Shown: one piece after another, positions 49,996-60,346 of the stretch
Layout of the letters: the number at the start of each line of letters is the position of its first letter
Numbering within the stretch: position 1 is the first letter of the stretch
Assembly (NCBI GenBank): GCA_949002095.1
Contig: CARJMT010000007.1
Location: forward strand, 70,024-134,023
Origin: an uncultured Lachnospira sp.
GTDB lineage: Bacteria > Bacillota > Clostridia > Lachnospirales > Lachnospiraceae
DNA length: 64,000 nucleotides
Direction of reading: 5' to 3'
Translations under genes and position numbers: made by a program
Notes under the pieces: generated by a model
The model's input: only the letters and a program-made list of their open reading frames with translations
What the model was told of the DNA's origin: nothing
Database searches by the model: none

Positions 49996-51321
49996 TTACA
50001 TCTTAAATTTAGCTCCTGCGAATGTTAAGGTAATAACCTCTTCATCGTCTACGAAGATACTAAACTTATCTCCCTTAGTTACACGTAGTAACAATTCTGG
50101 GTCGTAGTCCATATCGGTCTTTTCGTCAGAAGCAACACCATTCTTCATAATGGTCATCTTGCTTGTTCCTACTGTACCAATACCGTCAGCTAACTCGAAT
50201 GGGAAGTAGTATCCCTTCTGCTCTTCTGGCTTAGTTGCATTGAATCCTGTATAATCAGTGATGTAATTCAATGTACCCATTACCGCACCATTAACTGCTA
50301 CATAAGTATCTGGTGAAATCATTTCAGATACTGTCTTTCCTAACAATGTCTTGCTTTGAGCAGGAATTGTTAATACCTTATCGCTAATCTCATTAGCTTT
50401 TCCGCCATTATCATTTCCGTCCTCTGCCTCAGAAATAGTCTCTTCCTGACCATCCTTATTATGAGGGAATACAGAAACAATATCAGCTGTTTCATTCTCA
50501 TCTGGGTCATCCACAATCTGCATAGCGCAAAGAACTTTTCTTGTTGGATTGAAGTAAGTATATCCAGGGAAAGCGTCCATTGTGAATGTAAATGTAGATG
50601 GGTCTCCAGTAGAAGCCATCGTAAATGTAAAGTTAGACTGAATCTTAACATTAGGGAATGTTAATTCAGCTGGCATATCTACACCGTCATTTTGACGTCT
50701 GAATAATGTAGAAGCTTCAACGTAGTAGTAACCAGCGAAGTTCTCAGCGTCAATCTGTAATTCAGAAATTGCATTACCAGGCTTAGTTACATAGAAGTCA
50801 ACGAATACTGTTGTACCAGCAGGCACATTACCTAACAACTTCTTACCGTCTTCACTTACTACAAGAGGCTCAATTAACTCACCAGTAATAGAACCGTCTG
50901 CTTCAGCAACTACAGCAAAGATAGGAGCTGTTGCACAAATCTTTTCAGTTCTTCCTAATGCGTCAGTTAAGTCAATAACATTAGCATCGCTATATGCAGT
51001 AGAAGTCGTATGAACGTGTACTTCTTCCTGTGCAGTTCCCTTTAACAAACCTGCACCAGACAAGATTGCAAATCCCATAGGAGATAGCAAAGCATCTTCA
51101 ACAGTAAATGTTAAAGTCTTTTCACCTTCCCACGCAATCAATCTAGTGTTACCTTTACCACCGTTTGCATACACTGTTGTAGCTGAACCTTCAGTGGTTG
51201 AAGTCTTGGCTGTATCGATATAAAGAACTGGCTGGCCCTTTTTGAATAGCTTATTTCCGATTTTTACAGTTGACTTAGCCTTAAATACTACGTCACAAAT
51301 CTCGCGTACACCAAATTTCAT
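49996..51321 (-). CDS. Major tail protein (tube) with a C-terminal Ig-like extension
   Basis: 441 aa; position upstream of the chaperone and tape-measure genes; followed by a strong terminator. Confidence 0.5.
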   Translation of the reverse strand: MKFGVREICDVVFKAKSTVKIGNKLFKKGQPVLYIDTAKTSTTEGSATTVYANGGKGNTRLIAWEGEKTLTFTVEDALLSPMGFAILSGAGLLKGTAQEEVHVHTTSTAYSDANVIDLTDALGRTEKICATAPIFAVVAEADGSITGELIEPLVVSEDGKKLLGNVPAGTTVFVDFYVTKPGNAISELQIDAENFAGYYYVEASTLFRRQNDGVDMPAELTFPNVKIQSNFTFTMASTGDPSTFTFTMDAFPGYTYFNPTRKVLCAMQIVDDPDENETADIVSVFPHNKDGQEETISEAEDGNDNGGKANEISDKVLTIPAQSKTLLGKTVSEMISPDTYVAVNGAVMGTLNYITDYTGFNATKPEEQKGYYFPFELADGIGTVGTSKMTIMKNGVASDEKTDMDYDPELLLRVTKGDKFSIFVDDEEVITLTFAGAKFKM

Positions 51322-51359
51322 TTAGGCATCCTCCTTATAAAATTTCAATTAAATATAGA

Positions 51360-52100
51360 TTATGAATGAATATCTTTCATCCAATTATCCACTTCTTCTA
51401 AGTCTTTGGCTCCCGCCATTTTTGCCTGAACATATATATCATATTTTTGTTTCAGTTCAAAACGATTAAATTCATCAAATAATTGATAAACAGTATAGCC
51501 TAACAGAGTATCAAAACCTTTGCCCTCTCCAACAGATAAAATAGATATATATCTACTCAAAAGACTGACTTTCTTCTGAGCCTCTCCCTTCGCGGCTGCC
51601 GCAGCTTGGCGACCTTTCTTCATCTTCTCCGCGAGTTCTTTTGCTCTTGAACTGCCTGGATTATATTCTTGATTAGAGTCTCCTCGTTCTTTCAAACAGA
51701 ACATTCCAACAATAATTTTCTTAAAATCCTCAAAGTTCTTATTATCAATGTTATGAACATCGTCTTCTTTTACAAGAGAGATACAATCTTTCTGTATATG
51801 AACTTCATATCCTGGAAATATTAAAGTCAATACCATTAACGCACTAACTTTACCTTTTTGCGCTGTCAGACTTTTGTCTTTCATTATTGACATAAATACT
51901 TCAAAATTTGTTCTATCCTCTAAATTGGTTTTGTCCTCTGTGGATAAAATATCTTTAGAAAAGTTTAATAGTTCGCAACCAATAAAAAATGCTTCTTCGC
52001 CTATGAAAGAAATTTCCTTTATAGTAGGTTGATGAATACTGATTTGAGCTTGATGAAAGGGAATATCCGTTCCAGACAGAAGCAACAAATCATTTAACAT
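51360..52100 (-). CDS. Head-tail connector / tail completion protein (putative)
   Basis: Position. Confidence 0.35.
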   Translation of the reverse strand: MLNDLLLLSGTDIPFHQAQISIHQPTIKEISFIGEEAFFIGCELLNFSKDILSTEDKTNLEDRTNFEVFMSIMKDKSLTAQKGKVSALMVLTLIFPGYEVHIQKDCISLVKEDDVHNIDNKNFEDFKKIIVGMFCLKERGDSNQEYNPGSSRAKELAEKMKKGRQAAAAAKGEAQKKVSLLSRYISILSVGEGKGFDTLLGYTVYQLFDEFNRFELKQKYDIYVQAKMAGAKDLEEVDNWMKDIHS

Positions 52101-52688
52101 TTAGCCCTCTTTCTTTGGAATTTGGTCATCACTTCCATGAATCGCTCTATATCGCAATGTATAACCAGACAAGTCTTCACTAAGAACTAACTCATCGCAT
52201 CCTGCAAATAAGAACTGACCAATTCCAGACAGTTTACAATTATTTAATAAACCATCTATATACCCGCATATTTTAAGCGGTCTTAGTCTGTAATCTCCAA
52301 TGTCCCAAAAATCGGTGTGACAAATTATATCAAAGTTAACATCGCAATCTCTGAATTGTGGGTTCTTAGCATTAGGAGTAAAATTATCAAAAGAAAGAAT
52401 CATATAAGACTTAATCTGCGAATGCTCAGGAATACGAATCTTTGGTTCTAACTTAATGTATCCCTCTTCACGAAGCTTATTGATAGACATATCTTTTAAT
52501 TTCTCTAAATACTTTGGATTTTCTCTGTCATCAAGACAATCCTTAGCACTAATAACTAACAACCTTTTTAATTCATCACTATAAGGACGACTTTCAACGA
52601 ATAATTTGCGCAGTATAGTTTCTACATCCTTTTCGCAAGAAAGGAATGAAGACTCTAAAACTGGCAATCTTACCAAATCTCTCTTCAT
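52101..52688 (-). CDS. Head-tail joining protein (putative)
   Basis: Position. Confidence 0.35.
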   Translation of the reverse strand: MKRDLVRLPVLESSFLSCEKDVETILRKLFVESRPYSDELKRLLVISAKDCLDDRENPKYLEKLKDMSINKLREEGYIKLEPKIRIPEHSQIKSYMILSFDNFTPNAKNPQFRDCDVNFDIICHTDFWDIGDYRLRPLKICGYIDGLLNNCKLSGIGQFLFAGCDELVLSEDLSGYTLRYRAIHGSDDQIPKKEG

Positions 52689-52708
52689 CTTAAAACTCCT
52701 TTTATCTC

Positions 52709-53707
52709 CTATAATGATTTAATTTCAATAGGCAAAGTAACAACTTGGTTGTCACTTGTATATGTTAAATCAAACTTTCCACTTCTTCCTGTTACTATTT
52801 CTAGGGTAATTGCATTGCCATCGCCCTTAACAAACTTGGCTTTTTTGTTATTACTAATAGACCATTGCCCTTTTTTAAAGCCTATAATTTTATATTCGAC
52901 CGTATCAAAAGGATGAACAATACTAGGACCATCGATTCGCGGCATTGGAAGCTTAATATCACTTTCATCTGGCTCTTCTGGTTTTTGTTCTGGCTCTTCC
53001 GCGAACTCATTATTATACCATTCACCTAAACAAACTTCTATAATTCCATCTGCGGAATATGGGTCTACTGTTTTAACTTCCCACATATCTTCGCCAATTT
53101 TTATTTGTTTAAATCTATGAAAATAATCCAATGTTTCTTCATTCTTAGTAATATACATAATTAAAGAATAATTTACGTCATTCCAAGTTAAATTACTTTT
53201 TTGACGCCATTGGATTGTAGTTTCCACTGGACCCCTTATATAAACATGATATTTGTTGCCATTTATATCAACTGGTTCTTCTTCACATTTATATACTTCT
53301 CCTCTAAAGTAAGAGTCCTCTTCAAGAAATTGTAGATATACTAACCAATGAGTATTTGTTTCTTTCCATAAAAAAACTTGACCAGCTTTTATTTCAGTTG
53401 GCATTGTTCCTTTAGAAGTTGAACCATCAGGCGCTTTAAAACTAACTTCCGCAGTTTCTTCATCATATTCACCTAAACAAATATCTTCATACGGAATGGA
53501 TAGTATCTTACAATCATAATCTGCCTTTTGTTTATCGGTATTCAAAAGACAACGAAACATCTTACCATTTATTACAGCGGTCTCAGCTTGATAAGAATAT
53601 AAGAGAGCCTTTCGTAAGCTCTCTAACTTATCCTTCTGGAATCGACTCTCCGCAGTAATCCCTCCACGATACTCAAGTCTAGCTCTTAGATTATCTAAGC
53701 CTGACAT
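52709..53707 (-). CDS. Structural protein with a C-terminal bacterial Ig-like domain
   Basis: C-terminal region resembles an Ig-like (Big_2-type) domain. Confidence 0.4.
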   Translation of the reverse strand: MSGLDNLRARLEYRGGITAESRFQKDKLESLRKALLYSYQAETAVINGKMFRCLLNTDKQKADYDCKILSIPYEDICLGEYDEETAEVSFKAPDGSTSKGTMPTEIKAGQVFLWKETNTHWLVYLQFLEEDSYFRGEVYKCEEEPVDINGNKYHVYIRGPVETTIQWRQKSNLTWNDVNYSLIMYITKNEETLDYFHRFKQIKIGEDMWEVKTVDPYSADGIIEVCLGEWYNNEFAEEPEQKPEEPDESDIKLPMPRIDGPSIVHPFDTVEYKIIGFKKGQWSISNNKKAKFVKGDGNAITLEIVTGRSGKFDLTYTSDNQVVTLPIEIKSL

Positions 53708-54087
53708 TGCTTCATTAACATATTCATCATACTAAGACATTCAAAGATAGTGCGTCTAAATAGACCAAAATCTTCTATGTTAGTAAGAGTGAATAGTCCC
53801 TCTAATTTACTTAGCAAAGGAAATAAAATTTCATGTTTGTCGATTAACAATCTATCCATTCCCGCTAATTCTTCAATGATGGTTTCTAGTGGTTTTTCCC
53901 AGTCTAAATTTTCTTCTCTACTTGGAAGTAACTTATAAATAAGATTGGTAATTTTCTTCAACTCTTTTATAACTACTTCATTACTAATGTCTGCATTGTA
54001 CTTTATAACCATCGTAGTGGATTCTCCTTCCTGGTGGATAAGATTCCATAATAACTCCCATAGTAGATTTAGTATTCCCTTCATCAT
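53695..54087 (-). CDS. Head-tail adaptor-like protein (putative)
   Basis: Position. Confidence 0.3.
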   Translation of the reverse strand: MMKGILNLLWELLWNLIHQEGESTTMVIKYNADISNEVVIKELKKITNLIYKLLPSREENLDWEKPLETIIEELAGMDRLLIDKHEILFPLLSKLEGLFTLTNIEDFGLFRRTIFECLSMMNMLMKQCQA

Positions 54088-54571
54088 CTACGATTCTTCG
54101 CTTATACAATCTCTGTAAATGGAAGCCTTTTCTTTCGTAGTCTTTTTGTACTGTTAAGATTTTAGCCATATGGTTGGCTTGAGAAGTAAATTTAAAATCT
54201 GAGCCACTATATTTCATTCTAGTATTTTCCACACTTGCTAATTGTTGACCCATCCATTCAACAATCATATATGTAGATAATACATTTATTTCTTCTGCGG
54301 TTAAAGGAACATTAAAGTGTCCACCGCTATAGATTATTGCCTTTACAGGTTTATCTTCGCTTTCTACCCCACAATAAATATCCTCATCAACGATTTCATT
54401 TTCTTCATAATCATTGATATTAACACGCGGAAATTCAAACCAAGGTATAGAGGAAACTAACAGTTCCTGTAACATTCTGAATGTTTCAAGCTCTGTTAGT
54501 TCCATATACATATCGTCAGTAACTTTAGATAGAAAGCTATCATAAACTTTTAAAAAAGGTGTCTTGTTCAT
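53984..54571 (-). CDS. Head completion / connector protein (putative)
   Basis: Position; overlaps the previous ORF, so the start is uncertain. Confidence 0.35.
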   Translation of the reverse strand: MNKTPFLKVYDSFLSKVTDDMYMELTELETFRMLQELLVSSIPWFEFPRVNINDYEENEIVDEDIYCGVESEDKPVKAIIYSGGHFNVPLTAEEINVLSTYMIVEWMGQQLASVENTRMKYSGSDFKFTSQANHMAKILTVQKDYERKGFHLQRLYKRRIVDDEGNTKSTMGVIMESYPPGRRIHYDGYKVQCRH

Positions 54572-54588
54572 AGTACACCTCCTATATC

Positions 54589-55209
54589 TTACTCAGTTTT
54601 AGTTACGACTTTGTATTTAGGAGCAGCTGCTTTTCTCTGCGGAGTTGTAGGTTGAGCACTTTGAACTGGGGCAGGTGCAGTTTGACCAGGGATAGCCGCT
54701 TTACGAACTTTCGCTTCAGGCTGTTTAACACCCATTTCCGCCTCTGCCTGTTCTACTTTTTTGTTATTAGTAATAACATTATGAACATTATATCCAGTCT
54801 TATTATAGATTAACTCTCTCTTGTCCATATCGTTTAATTTGATTAAAACAGCGATAGTCTTTATCATTTCAATAACTCCCTCTGGAGCAAAAGTTAAACA
54901 ATCATCCAACTGGTCTAATGTACCATTCTTCAGTAAGTTCTCAATCTCTGCCGCAGTATAGAAATATTCTGGTTCAACTTGACCAAAAAGTTCCTCTACT
55001 AACTCTTGATTAAGAATAACTAAGTAATCCTGTAACATTACGTCTCCTCCAGGGATAAACATCAGTTTTCTTAATTCCTCAGCTTCAATTTTCTTAGTTT
55101 CACCTGGGGCAAACTTTCTCCATAAACTGTTATTTGAATCTGGAACTGGATAACCAGCATAGCCAGAATTACGATTTATAACAGAAATCATTTCTTTATC
55201 TTGTACCAT
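54589..55209 (-). CDS. Hypothetical head-associated protein with a Pro/Ala/Gln-rich C-terminal tail
   Basis: Position downstream of the major capsid gene. Confidence 0.35.
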   Translation of the reverse strand: MVQDKEMISVINRNSGYAGYPVPDSNNSLWRKFAPGETKKIEAEELRKLMFIPGGDVMLQDYLVILNQELVEELFGQVEPEYFYTAAEIENLLKNGTLDQLDDCLTFAPEGVIEMIKTIAVLIKLNDMDKRELIYNKTGYNVHNVITNNKKVEQAEAEMGVKQPEAKVRKAAIPGQTAPAPVQSAQPTTPQRKAAAPKYKVVTKTE

Positions 55210-55239
55210 ATATTTTAATCTCCTTTTATCTCTTTATAT

Positions 55240-55272
55240 AAAAAAATTCGGGGATAAGTGATTATCCCCGAA
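55240..55272 (-). terminator. Strong intrinsic terminator after the major capsid gene
   Basis: ttcggggata-agtgat-tatccccgaa 10-bp perfect stem plus a 7-U tract on the - strand. Confidence 0.8.
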
Positions 55273-55323
55273 TACAATAATCCCTTATATTTAAAGATTA
55301 TTTTATTGCTCTACCATTAAGGT

Positions 55324-56340
55324 TTAAGGTGTATACGCCTGCTTCTTTAAAGAAGTATTTTCATATACGCAAATATCGTTATGAATAATGGTGCCTACAC
55401 CAACTTTCTGGTAGATGTGAGTTGTTGTTGACCAGTCTTCATTTTGAGTCTCTCTCATATGAGCAACACCCTCGAAAGCAACCTTTACAGGCTTTTCAGC
55501 ACCGTTAGGAATAATCCAAGCGTATCTTGGGTCAATAGCGTAAACTTCATTGGTCTCATCTGTATAAGACTGCTGAAGAACTACTACACTATGTCCCTTG
55601 TAGTTACCTAAGTAACCATTAGCCCATCTTTGGTCTTTCATGTTCTCAGAAAGCCATCCTGTCTGTGGCAACATAGTAGCTGCGAAATCGAAAGTGCAAT
55701 AGATAGTTGCTTTTCCATATGTATCAGCTACAGCAAGTAATCTATCCATTTCAGTCTCATTGAATCCAGCTCCAGAGTACTTGTTTGCTCTCTGAATGTT
55801 ATCAACAGAAGCGATAAGAGCCTTTTCAATCTCTTCGTAAATCTTTTCATCCAAAGTGTCAAGAACGATGCTTAATACATCAGACATTTGAACTCTACCG
55901 TCTAAATATTCCTCGAAAGGAATGTTAGCAGCTCCACCGAATGCGCTTGTCTGTACTTCAAAGCTCTTTCCATCTAGCTTGAATACTTCGTAAGCACCAG
56001 CCAAACCAACCTTAGTGATGAACTGTTTAGCACGTCTACGAGATGCTTCAGTAATTCTCAACTTAAATACTGGTTTATCTCCTTGAGCAAAATGCTGAAC
56101 CTCAGCAAACTGACCATACTGCTCAATTACTTTCTTAGGAATAACCTCATTGATAGTCTGTTCCATCAAGGAATAAGCCTGCTTTGGGTTCTCCTGATAC
56201 ATTTTATTTAATTCTTGAGAAAAAGTCTCATTCAAAGTTGCATATGAGAACTTATCTTCGCCCCATGAATAAGCTGTAGGAGCAGAAGGGTTCGCATTAA
56301 CAACAATCTTTCCCAATGCTAATAACTCATTAAAAGTCAT
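55324..56340 (-). CDS. Major capsid protein (putative)
   Basis: 338 aa; lies after the scaffold-like gene; followed by a strong terminator. Confidence 0.5.
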   Translation of the reverse strand: MTFNELLALGKIVVNANPSAPTAYSWGEDKFSYATLNETFSQELNKMYQENPKQAYSLMEQTINEVIPKKVIEQYGQFAEVQHFAQGDKPVFKLRITEASRRRAKQFITKVGLAGAYEVFKLDGKSFEVQTSAFGGAANIPFEEYLDGRVQMSDVLSIVLDTLDEKIYEEIEKALIASVDNIQRANKYSGAGFNETEMDRLLAVADTYGKATIYCTFDFAATMLPQTGWLSENMKDQRWANGYLGNYKGHSVVVLQQSYTDETNEVYAIDPRYAWIIPNGAEKPVKVAFEGVAHMRETQNEDWSTTTHIYQKVGVGTIIHNDICVYENTSLKKQAYTP

Positions 56341-56354
56341 ATCTGTTCTCCTCC

Positions 56355-56879
56355 TTATTTAGTTCTCATTAGCTTAACGCCAGGCTGTCCATCTGGCATT
56401 GTGTAAACTTTAACTACGGTTAACTCATAATCCGCACCTTCGGTCTTATCAAGATATCCTTGTGCATTAGGAGTCAACTTATCTCCCTCAACTAACTCAA
56501 GTCCTGCATATTCCTGTCTGTAAGAACCTGCACCCTTTAAGCAATTAGTTGTGTACAAATCTCCAATGTTAATCTTTACTAATCTAGGAGTCATTTCTCC
56601 ATCAGTAAAGTTCTCTTTTCTCATAGCATAGTCTTTATAAGTTTCATTATAGGTATCGCCATATAACTTCACTTCGTTAAATACCATGTACCACTCTCCA
56701 ACGCCAGTGAAGTTTACTTCTCCGTTTGGAATATCGTACTTGGCAAACTGACCATTCTCTAATAGAGTAATATCTTTAGCAGCTGGCAACTGCGCATGCA
56801 TCTGACCAGTTCTCTGCATAGACAAGTGGTTAGGCTCTACTTGACCAAAACCAATTCTCTTAATAGTCTCTCTAGCCAT
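56355..56879 (-). CDS. Head decoration / scaffold-associated protein (putative)
   Basis: Position. Confidence 0.3.
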   Translation of the reverse strand: MARETIKRIGFGQVEPNHLSMQRTGQMHAQLPAAKDITLLENGQFAKYDIPNGEVNFTGVGEWYMVFNEVKLYGDTYNETYKDYAMRKENFTDGEMTPRLVKINIGDLYTTNCLKGAGSYRQEYAGLELVEGDKLTPNAQGYLDKTEGADYELTVVKVYTMPDGQPGVKLMRTK

Positions 56880-56897
56880 TCTATATGTTCCTCCTAT

Positions 56898-58289
56898 TTA
56901 TTTTTGTTTATTTTGAGTATTTCTGCAAGCTTGAACCCAAGCTGGCACATCATTCTCTACTGCTGAATTTAAAGAATATGTGGTAACAGAATTTGAAACC
57001 TGCTCATTCTTCTGTTCAACATTCTCATTACTGTTGCTTTCAAAAGAAACTTTCTTTCTGAAACAAATAACAGAAAGTTTAGCTTCGATTTCTTCTAAAG
57101 AATACTTAGATTTATTCTCAACAACATCTTTCTTATCTTCATCAGAAAGCATATAGAAAGTATTAATCAAAGCATCCTTCTTTTCATCATCAATCTTATT
57201 CTTAAACTGAACAAGAGCCTGATAATCTTTTTCCATAGCAGTATATCTCTGCTCCAAAGCTGTGAACTTCTCTTCTAACAAGGTATATTTCTTATCTTTA
57301 TCTTTTTCCTTGTCATCTTTGTCGTCCTTATCATCTTTGTTTTCTTCGTTATTATCAGAGGCGCCTTTGTCCTTTTTCTCTTCTTCGTCTTCTTTCTTAA
57401 ACTCAGAAGTTCCCGCACCTGTTTCAACAGCTGCATTCTCAGTAGATGAACCTTCTGTAAATTTTTGATTTTCGCTATTAACATTTTGTTCATCTTTGCC
57501 CTGAGTAGCAGAAAATTCTCCAGCAGGTGTTGCTACTTGAGTTTCTGGCTCAGTAGCTGTATTTTTTACATCAGCCATTGTCTGTCCTCCTTGCAACGCA
57601 AATTTTAAATCTTGCATCATAGTAAACAAAGTGATTTTGAAATCATCATCAATCTTACTAAATGTCTTACTTACTTCTGGCTTAGTAACGCTAGAACCTT
57701 CAAAACATGGCTCAACGTCCTCACCTAAAATACACAATTTTGAGAATATCGCGTCATTGATTATGAAAAATTCAAGACCTGTTTTTAAGTCTTGTGACCA
57801 TTTTCCGTCTAAAGTTCCATCATCCAACTCCATAGAGTGCGGACGACCGTCACCCTCAACAGCAAGTTTTGCTTCTTCATACTGACCAGTCCATAAGAAA
57901 CCAGTTGTCATTAGATATTCTCTAACAACTTTGTTACCAAAGTCATCTGTATCTTCAAATTTCTGAAACCATACTTCCGCGTCTGGAGCAACAAAACCAT
58001 AAGGTCTTGTCATACATTCAAATTGTATTCCATCTCCATCCCAAATAATGCGGTCTCCATGGTCTCCGAAGTCGCCTTTTTCTTCTTTATACCAACCTAC
58101 AATCGGTGCTCCACGTAATGTCTTAGACATTTCAGTAGCAACTTCTTTAGTTATAAAACTTCTATTTCTATTCTGTCCTACATACAATACTTTAATTTCG
58201 CACTTAGACATTAAAGGATTTATGTCCAAAGGTTGTAGATTGATAAATTCTGGATTGTCTATAGTGGCAATACTCATTCTTGACATCAA
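56898..58289 (-). CDS. Scaffolding protein, possibly fused to a prohead protease. The N-terminal half is globular and the C-terminal half is Lys/Asp/Glu-rich coiled coil.
   Basis: Low-complexity stretch KKEDEEEKKDKGASDNNEENKDDKDDKDDKEKDKDKK; lies between the portal and capsid genes. Confidence 0.4.
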   Translation of the reverse strand: MMSRMSIATIDNPEFINLQPLDINPLMSKCEIKVLYVGQNRNRSFITKEVATEMSKTLRGAPIVGWYKEEKGDFGDHGDRIIWDGDGIQFECMTRPYGFVAPDAEVWFQKFEDTDDFGNKVVREYLMTTGFLWTGQYEEAKLAVEGDGRPHSMELDDGTLDGKWSQDLKTGLEFFIINDAIFSKLCILGEDVEPCFEGSSVTKPEVSKTFSKIDDDFKITLFTMMQDLKFALQGGQTMADVKNTATEPETQVATPAGEFSATQGKDEQNVNSENQKFTEGSSTENAAVETGAGTSEFKKEDEEEKKDKGASDNNEENKDDKDDKDDKEKDKDKKYTLLEEKFTALEQRYTAMEKDYQALVQFKNKIDDEKKDALINTFYMLSDEDKKDVVENKSKYSLEEIEAKLSVICFRKKVSFESNSNENVEQKNEQVSNSVTTYSLNSAVENDVPAWVQACRNTQNKQK

Positions 58290-58300
58290 TCATATCCTCC

Positions 58301-59926
58301 TTAATTCATTGACTCTCTATTCTGAATAGTCTTTTCACTCTTTTCGTCATTAGGCTTTTCATTTCTTCCTGCTTTTTTATCACCGTTGTTGCTTTCGCTA
58401 CTACCTGAACCAGACTTATTTCCACTACCAGCCAAGGCAGCCGCGTTCATAGTATTACTGCTCATAGGTGGAATAAATACATTAACTAAATCAAGTATAT
58501 CATTCTCAAAATAAGCATTAGCAAGAATAGAACTTTGACTATGACCCAAAGCGATTTGAGGTAACATCTTAGAGTATCCTAATTGAGTTTGCTCTTTATA
58601 AAGTTTTGCCATCTCTTGATAATTATATATTGTAGTAGTCAAAATTTGAACTTTGTATAAAATCTTCTTAGGAGCTGTGTTAAAAGATGCTAACAAATCA
58701 TTCATAAATGACTCAAATTGCAATAGTAAATTATACATATTAGCAACGTCATTTAAGATAGATTTCTCAAGCGCAATATTACCGTCAGTATTAAACTGCA
58801 TTTGAGATACGCCCGCTTCATTATACACGGTTCTTTCTACTTTCATCAACTCATCTGTTGTTGTAGATGTGTTCTTATCAGCCATATCTGCAACATCAAC
58901 TTCCGCGAAAGTAGTTAATACATCTAGACCTAAAGCTCCATGTAGCATCTTAACCGCATTATTATGCAAAGCTTGTGCTTCATCTACATCGAAGATTAAA
59001 TCTCCGTTCTTATCCATAGGCATCTTTTGAATAATAATCTTCAAAAGTTGCTGTTGCATTTTCTTTCTATCTAACGCTTGTGCTTCATCTAAGTCGATGA
59101 TTGCGGGAATTACAGAAATAAATGCTGGATAATCGTTGTCATTAAGATTAAACTTTATACAACTATCAACGTCAAGTAAATACCAACCAGAGGTATCACC
59201 TTGAAAATCTGGTTTTAATTTTCCTTCCTTATAAAGAACATAACCTTTCTTGAACTCTTGAGGAAATAAATTTAACATCTTCATTCTTTGACTTGTATCT
59301 CTGAACATATCATCAAAGAATTTCATATTAAACTCAACCGCAGGTCTGTTATTTACAGAGAAACGTGAGCGGCAATATTTAGGCGGAAGCTCTTGGACTA
59401 CCATTTTATTTGTCTGTGGAACTAAATATCCATAATAGCAACCATTTCTAATAACTTTCAAAGCTACCTCTCCGAAGAAACGTTTAGCTTCAAAGTTATC
59501 AAGATACATCAAAGCCTTATTAAATCCGTCTAATATCTTTTCCTGTTTAAGACTTTCAGAATTTATGTATGGAGTAATATACCAATCATATCTGTAAAGA
59601 TAAGCCATATATCTACATAAACGTGAGTAGATACCGCTAGTCTTATAGAAGAAATTAGATATATCTCTCATAGTCTCATAGTCACTATTCATAATAGCTC
59701 TAAGAACTTCTTCTTTATCTCCTAACTTAGGATTAAGTTTCTTATAGCTACTAAATTCAAGAATAGCATTTTCAAGAGACTTCGCTCCAATTCTTATTTT
59801 TGAAAAGTCAACCATATCACGAGGAGTTGAATATATGTCATCTTCTACAATAGAGGGAATATTCGCATTCATGCTAAAACCCTTTTTCTTAATCTCTTCT
59901 CTTCTATTTATCAAGATAATACCCAA
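58301..59926 (-). CDS. Portal protein. The true start is probably the internal Met near 59872, given that the promoter lies at 59940-59968.
   Basis: 541 aa; located directly after the terminase region. Confidence 0.5.
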   Translation of the reverse strand: MGIILINRREEIKKKGFSMNANIPSIVEDDIYSTPRDMVDFSKIRIGAKSLENAILEFSSYKKLNPKLGDKEEVLRAIMNSDYETMRDISNFFYKTSGIYSRLCRYMAYLYRYDWYITPYINSESLKQEKILDGFNKALMYLDNFEAKRFFGEVALKVIRNGCYYGYLVPQTNKMVVQELPPKYCRSRFSVNNRPAVEFNMKFFDDMFRDTSQRMKMLNLFPQEFKKGYVLYKEGKLKPDFQGDTSGWYLLDVDSCIKFNLNDNDYPAFISVIPAIIDLDEAQALDRKKMQQQLLKIIIQKMPMDKNGDLIFDVDEAQALHNNAVKMLHGALGLDVLTTFAEVDVADMADKNTSTTTDELMKVERTVYNEAGVSQMQFNTDGNIALEKSILNDVANMYNLLLQFESFMNDLLASFNTAPKKILYKVQILTTTIYNYQEMAKLYKEQTQLGYSKMLPQIALGHSQSSILANAYFENDILDLVNVFIPPMSSNTMNAAALAGSGNKSGSGSSESNNGDKKAGRNEKPNDEKSEKTIQNRESMN

Positions 59927-59939
59927 CCTTTCTAATGAT

Positions 59940-59968
59940 ATTATACCAAAAATTTAGAACTTTGTCAA
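59940..59968 (-). promoter_or_regulatory. Perfect consensus promoter on the - strand: TTGACA, 17-bp spacer, TATAAT
   Basis: Reverse complement of 59963-59968 gives TTGACA; reverse complement of 59940-59945 gives TATAAT. Confidence 0.65.
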
Positions 59969-59989
59969 CTTTATTTAAAATTAAATGTT

Positions 59990-60346
59990 TTAATAGCCAG
60001 CCGCACGCATGATATAATCGTAGTCAATCTTACCTTCATCCCAGTATGGAATAGCTATTAAGGTAATATCATGTTTCTGACAATACTCTCGTTTCTTCAT
60101 ATCATTATACTGCTGTTTCCGCAATCCAGAATATCCGCCAAACTTACTCTTAGCTTGATAATGCTGAATACCTTGAAACTCTATTAAAAAATCCAATTCT
60201 CCATTATCGTCAAAGACAGCAAAGTCGAACCTCAGAGCTCTTCCATTAGTACTCACAAGTCCAGGAAAACTATATTCTTCTTTAAAATTTAAACCAGCTT
60301 CAGTTAAAATTTCTTCAATTTTTATTTCTCCTCTTGATGCTCTCAT
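59990..60346 (-). CDS. DUF559/Vsr-like (PD-(D/E)xK) endonuclease, free-standing
   Basis: RFDFAVFDDNGELDFLIEFQGIQH matches the DUF559 core motif (yivDF...lvIE.DG.qH); inserted between the terminase and portal genes. Confidence 0.5.
   Translation of the reverse strand: MRASRGEIKIEEILTEAGLNFKEEYSFPGLVSTNGRALRFDFAVFDDNGELDFLIEFQGIQHYQAKSKFGGYSGLRKQQYNDMKKREYCQKHDITLIAIPYWDEGKIDYDYIMRAAGY

Noticed and set aside
49996-51321. Tail sheath (contractile tail) assignment for the 441-aa protein
   Set aside because: No separate ~150-aa tube protein follows. The downstream genes of 344 and 209 aa are too large for a tube and fit chaperones better, so a non-contractile major tail protein is more parsimonious.
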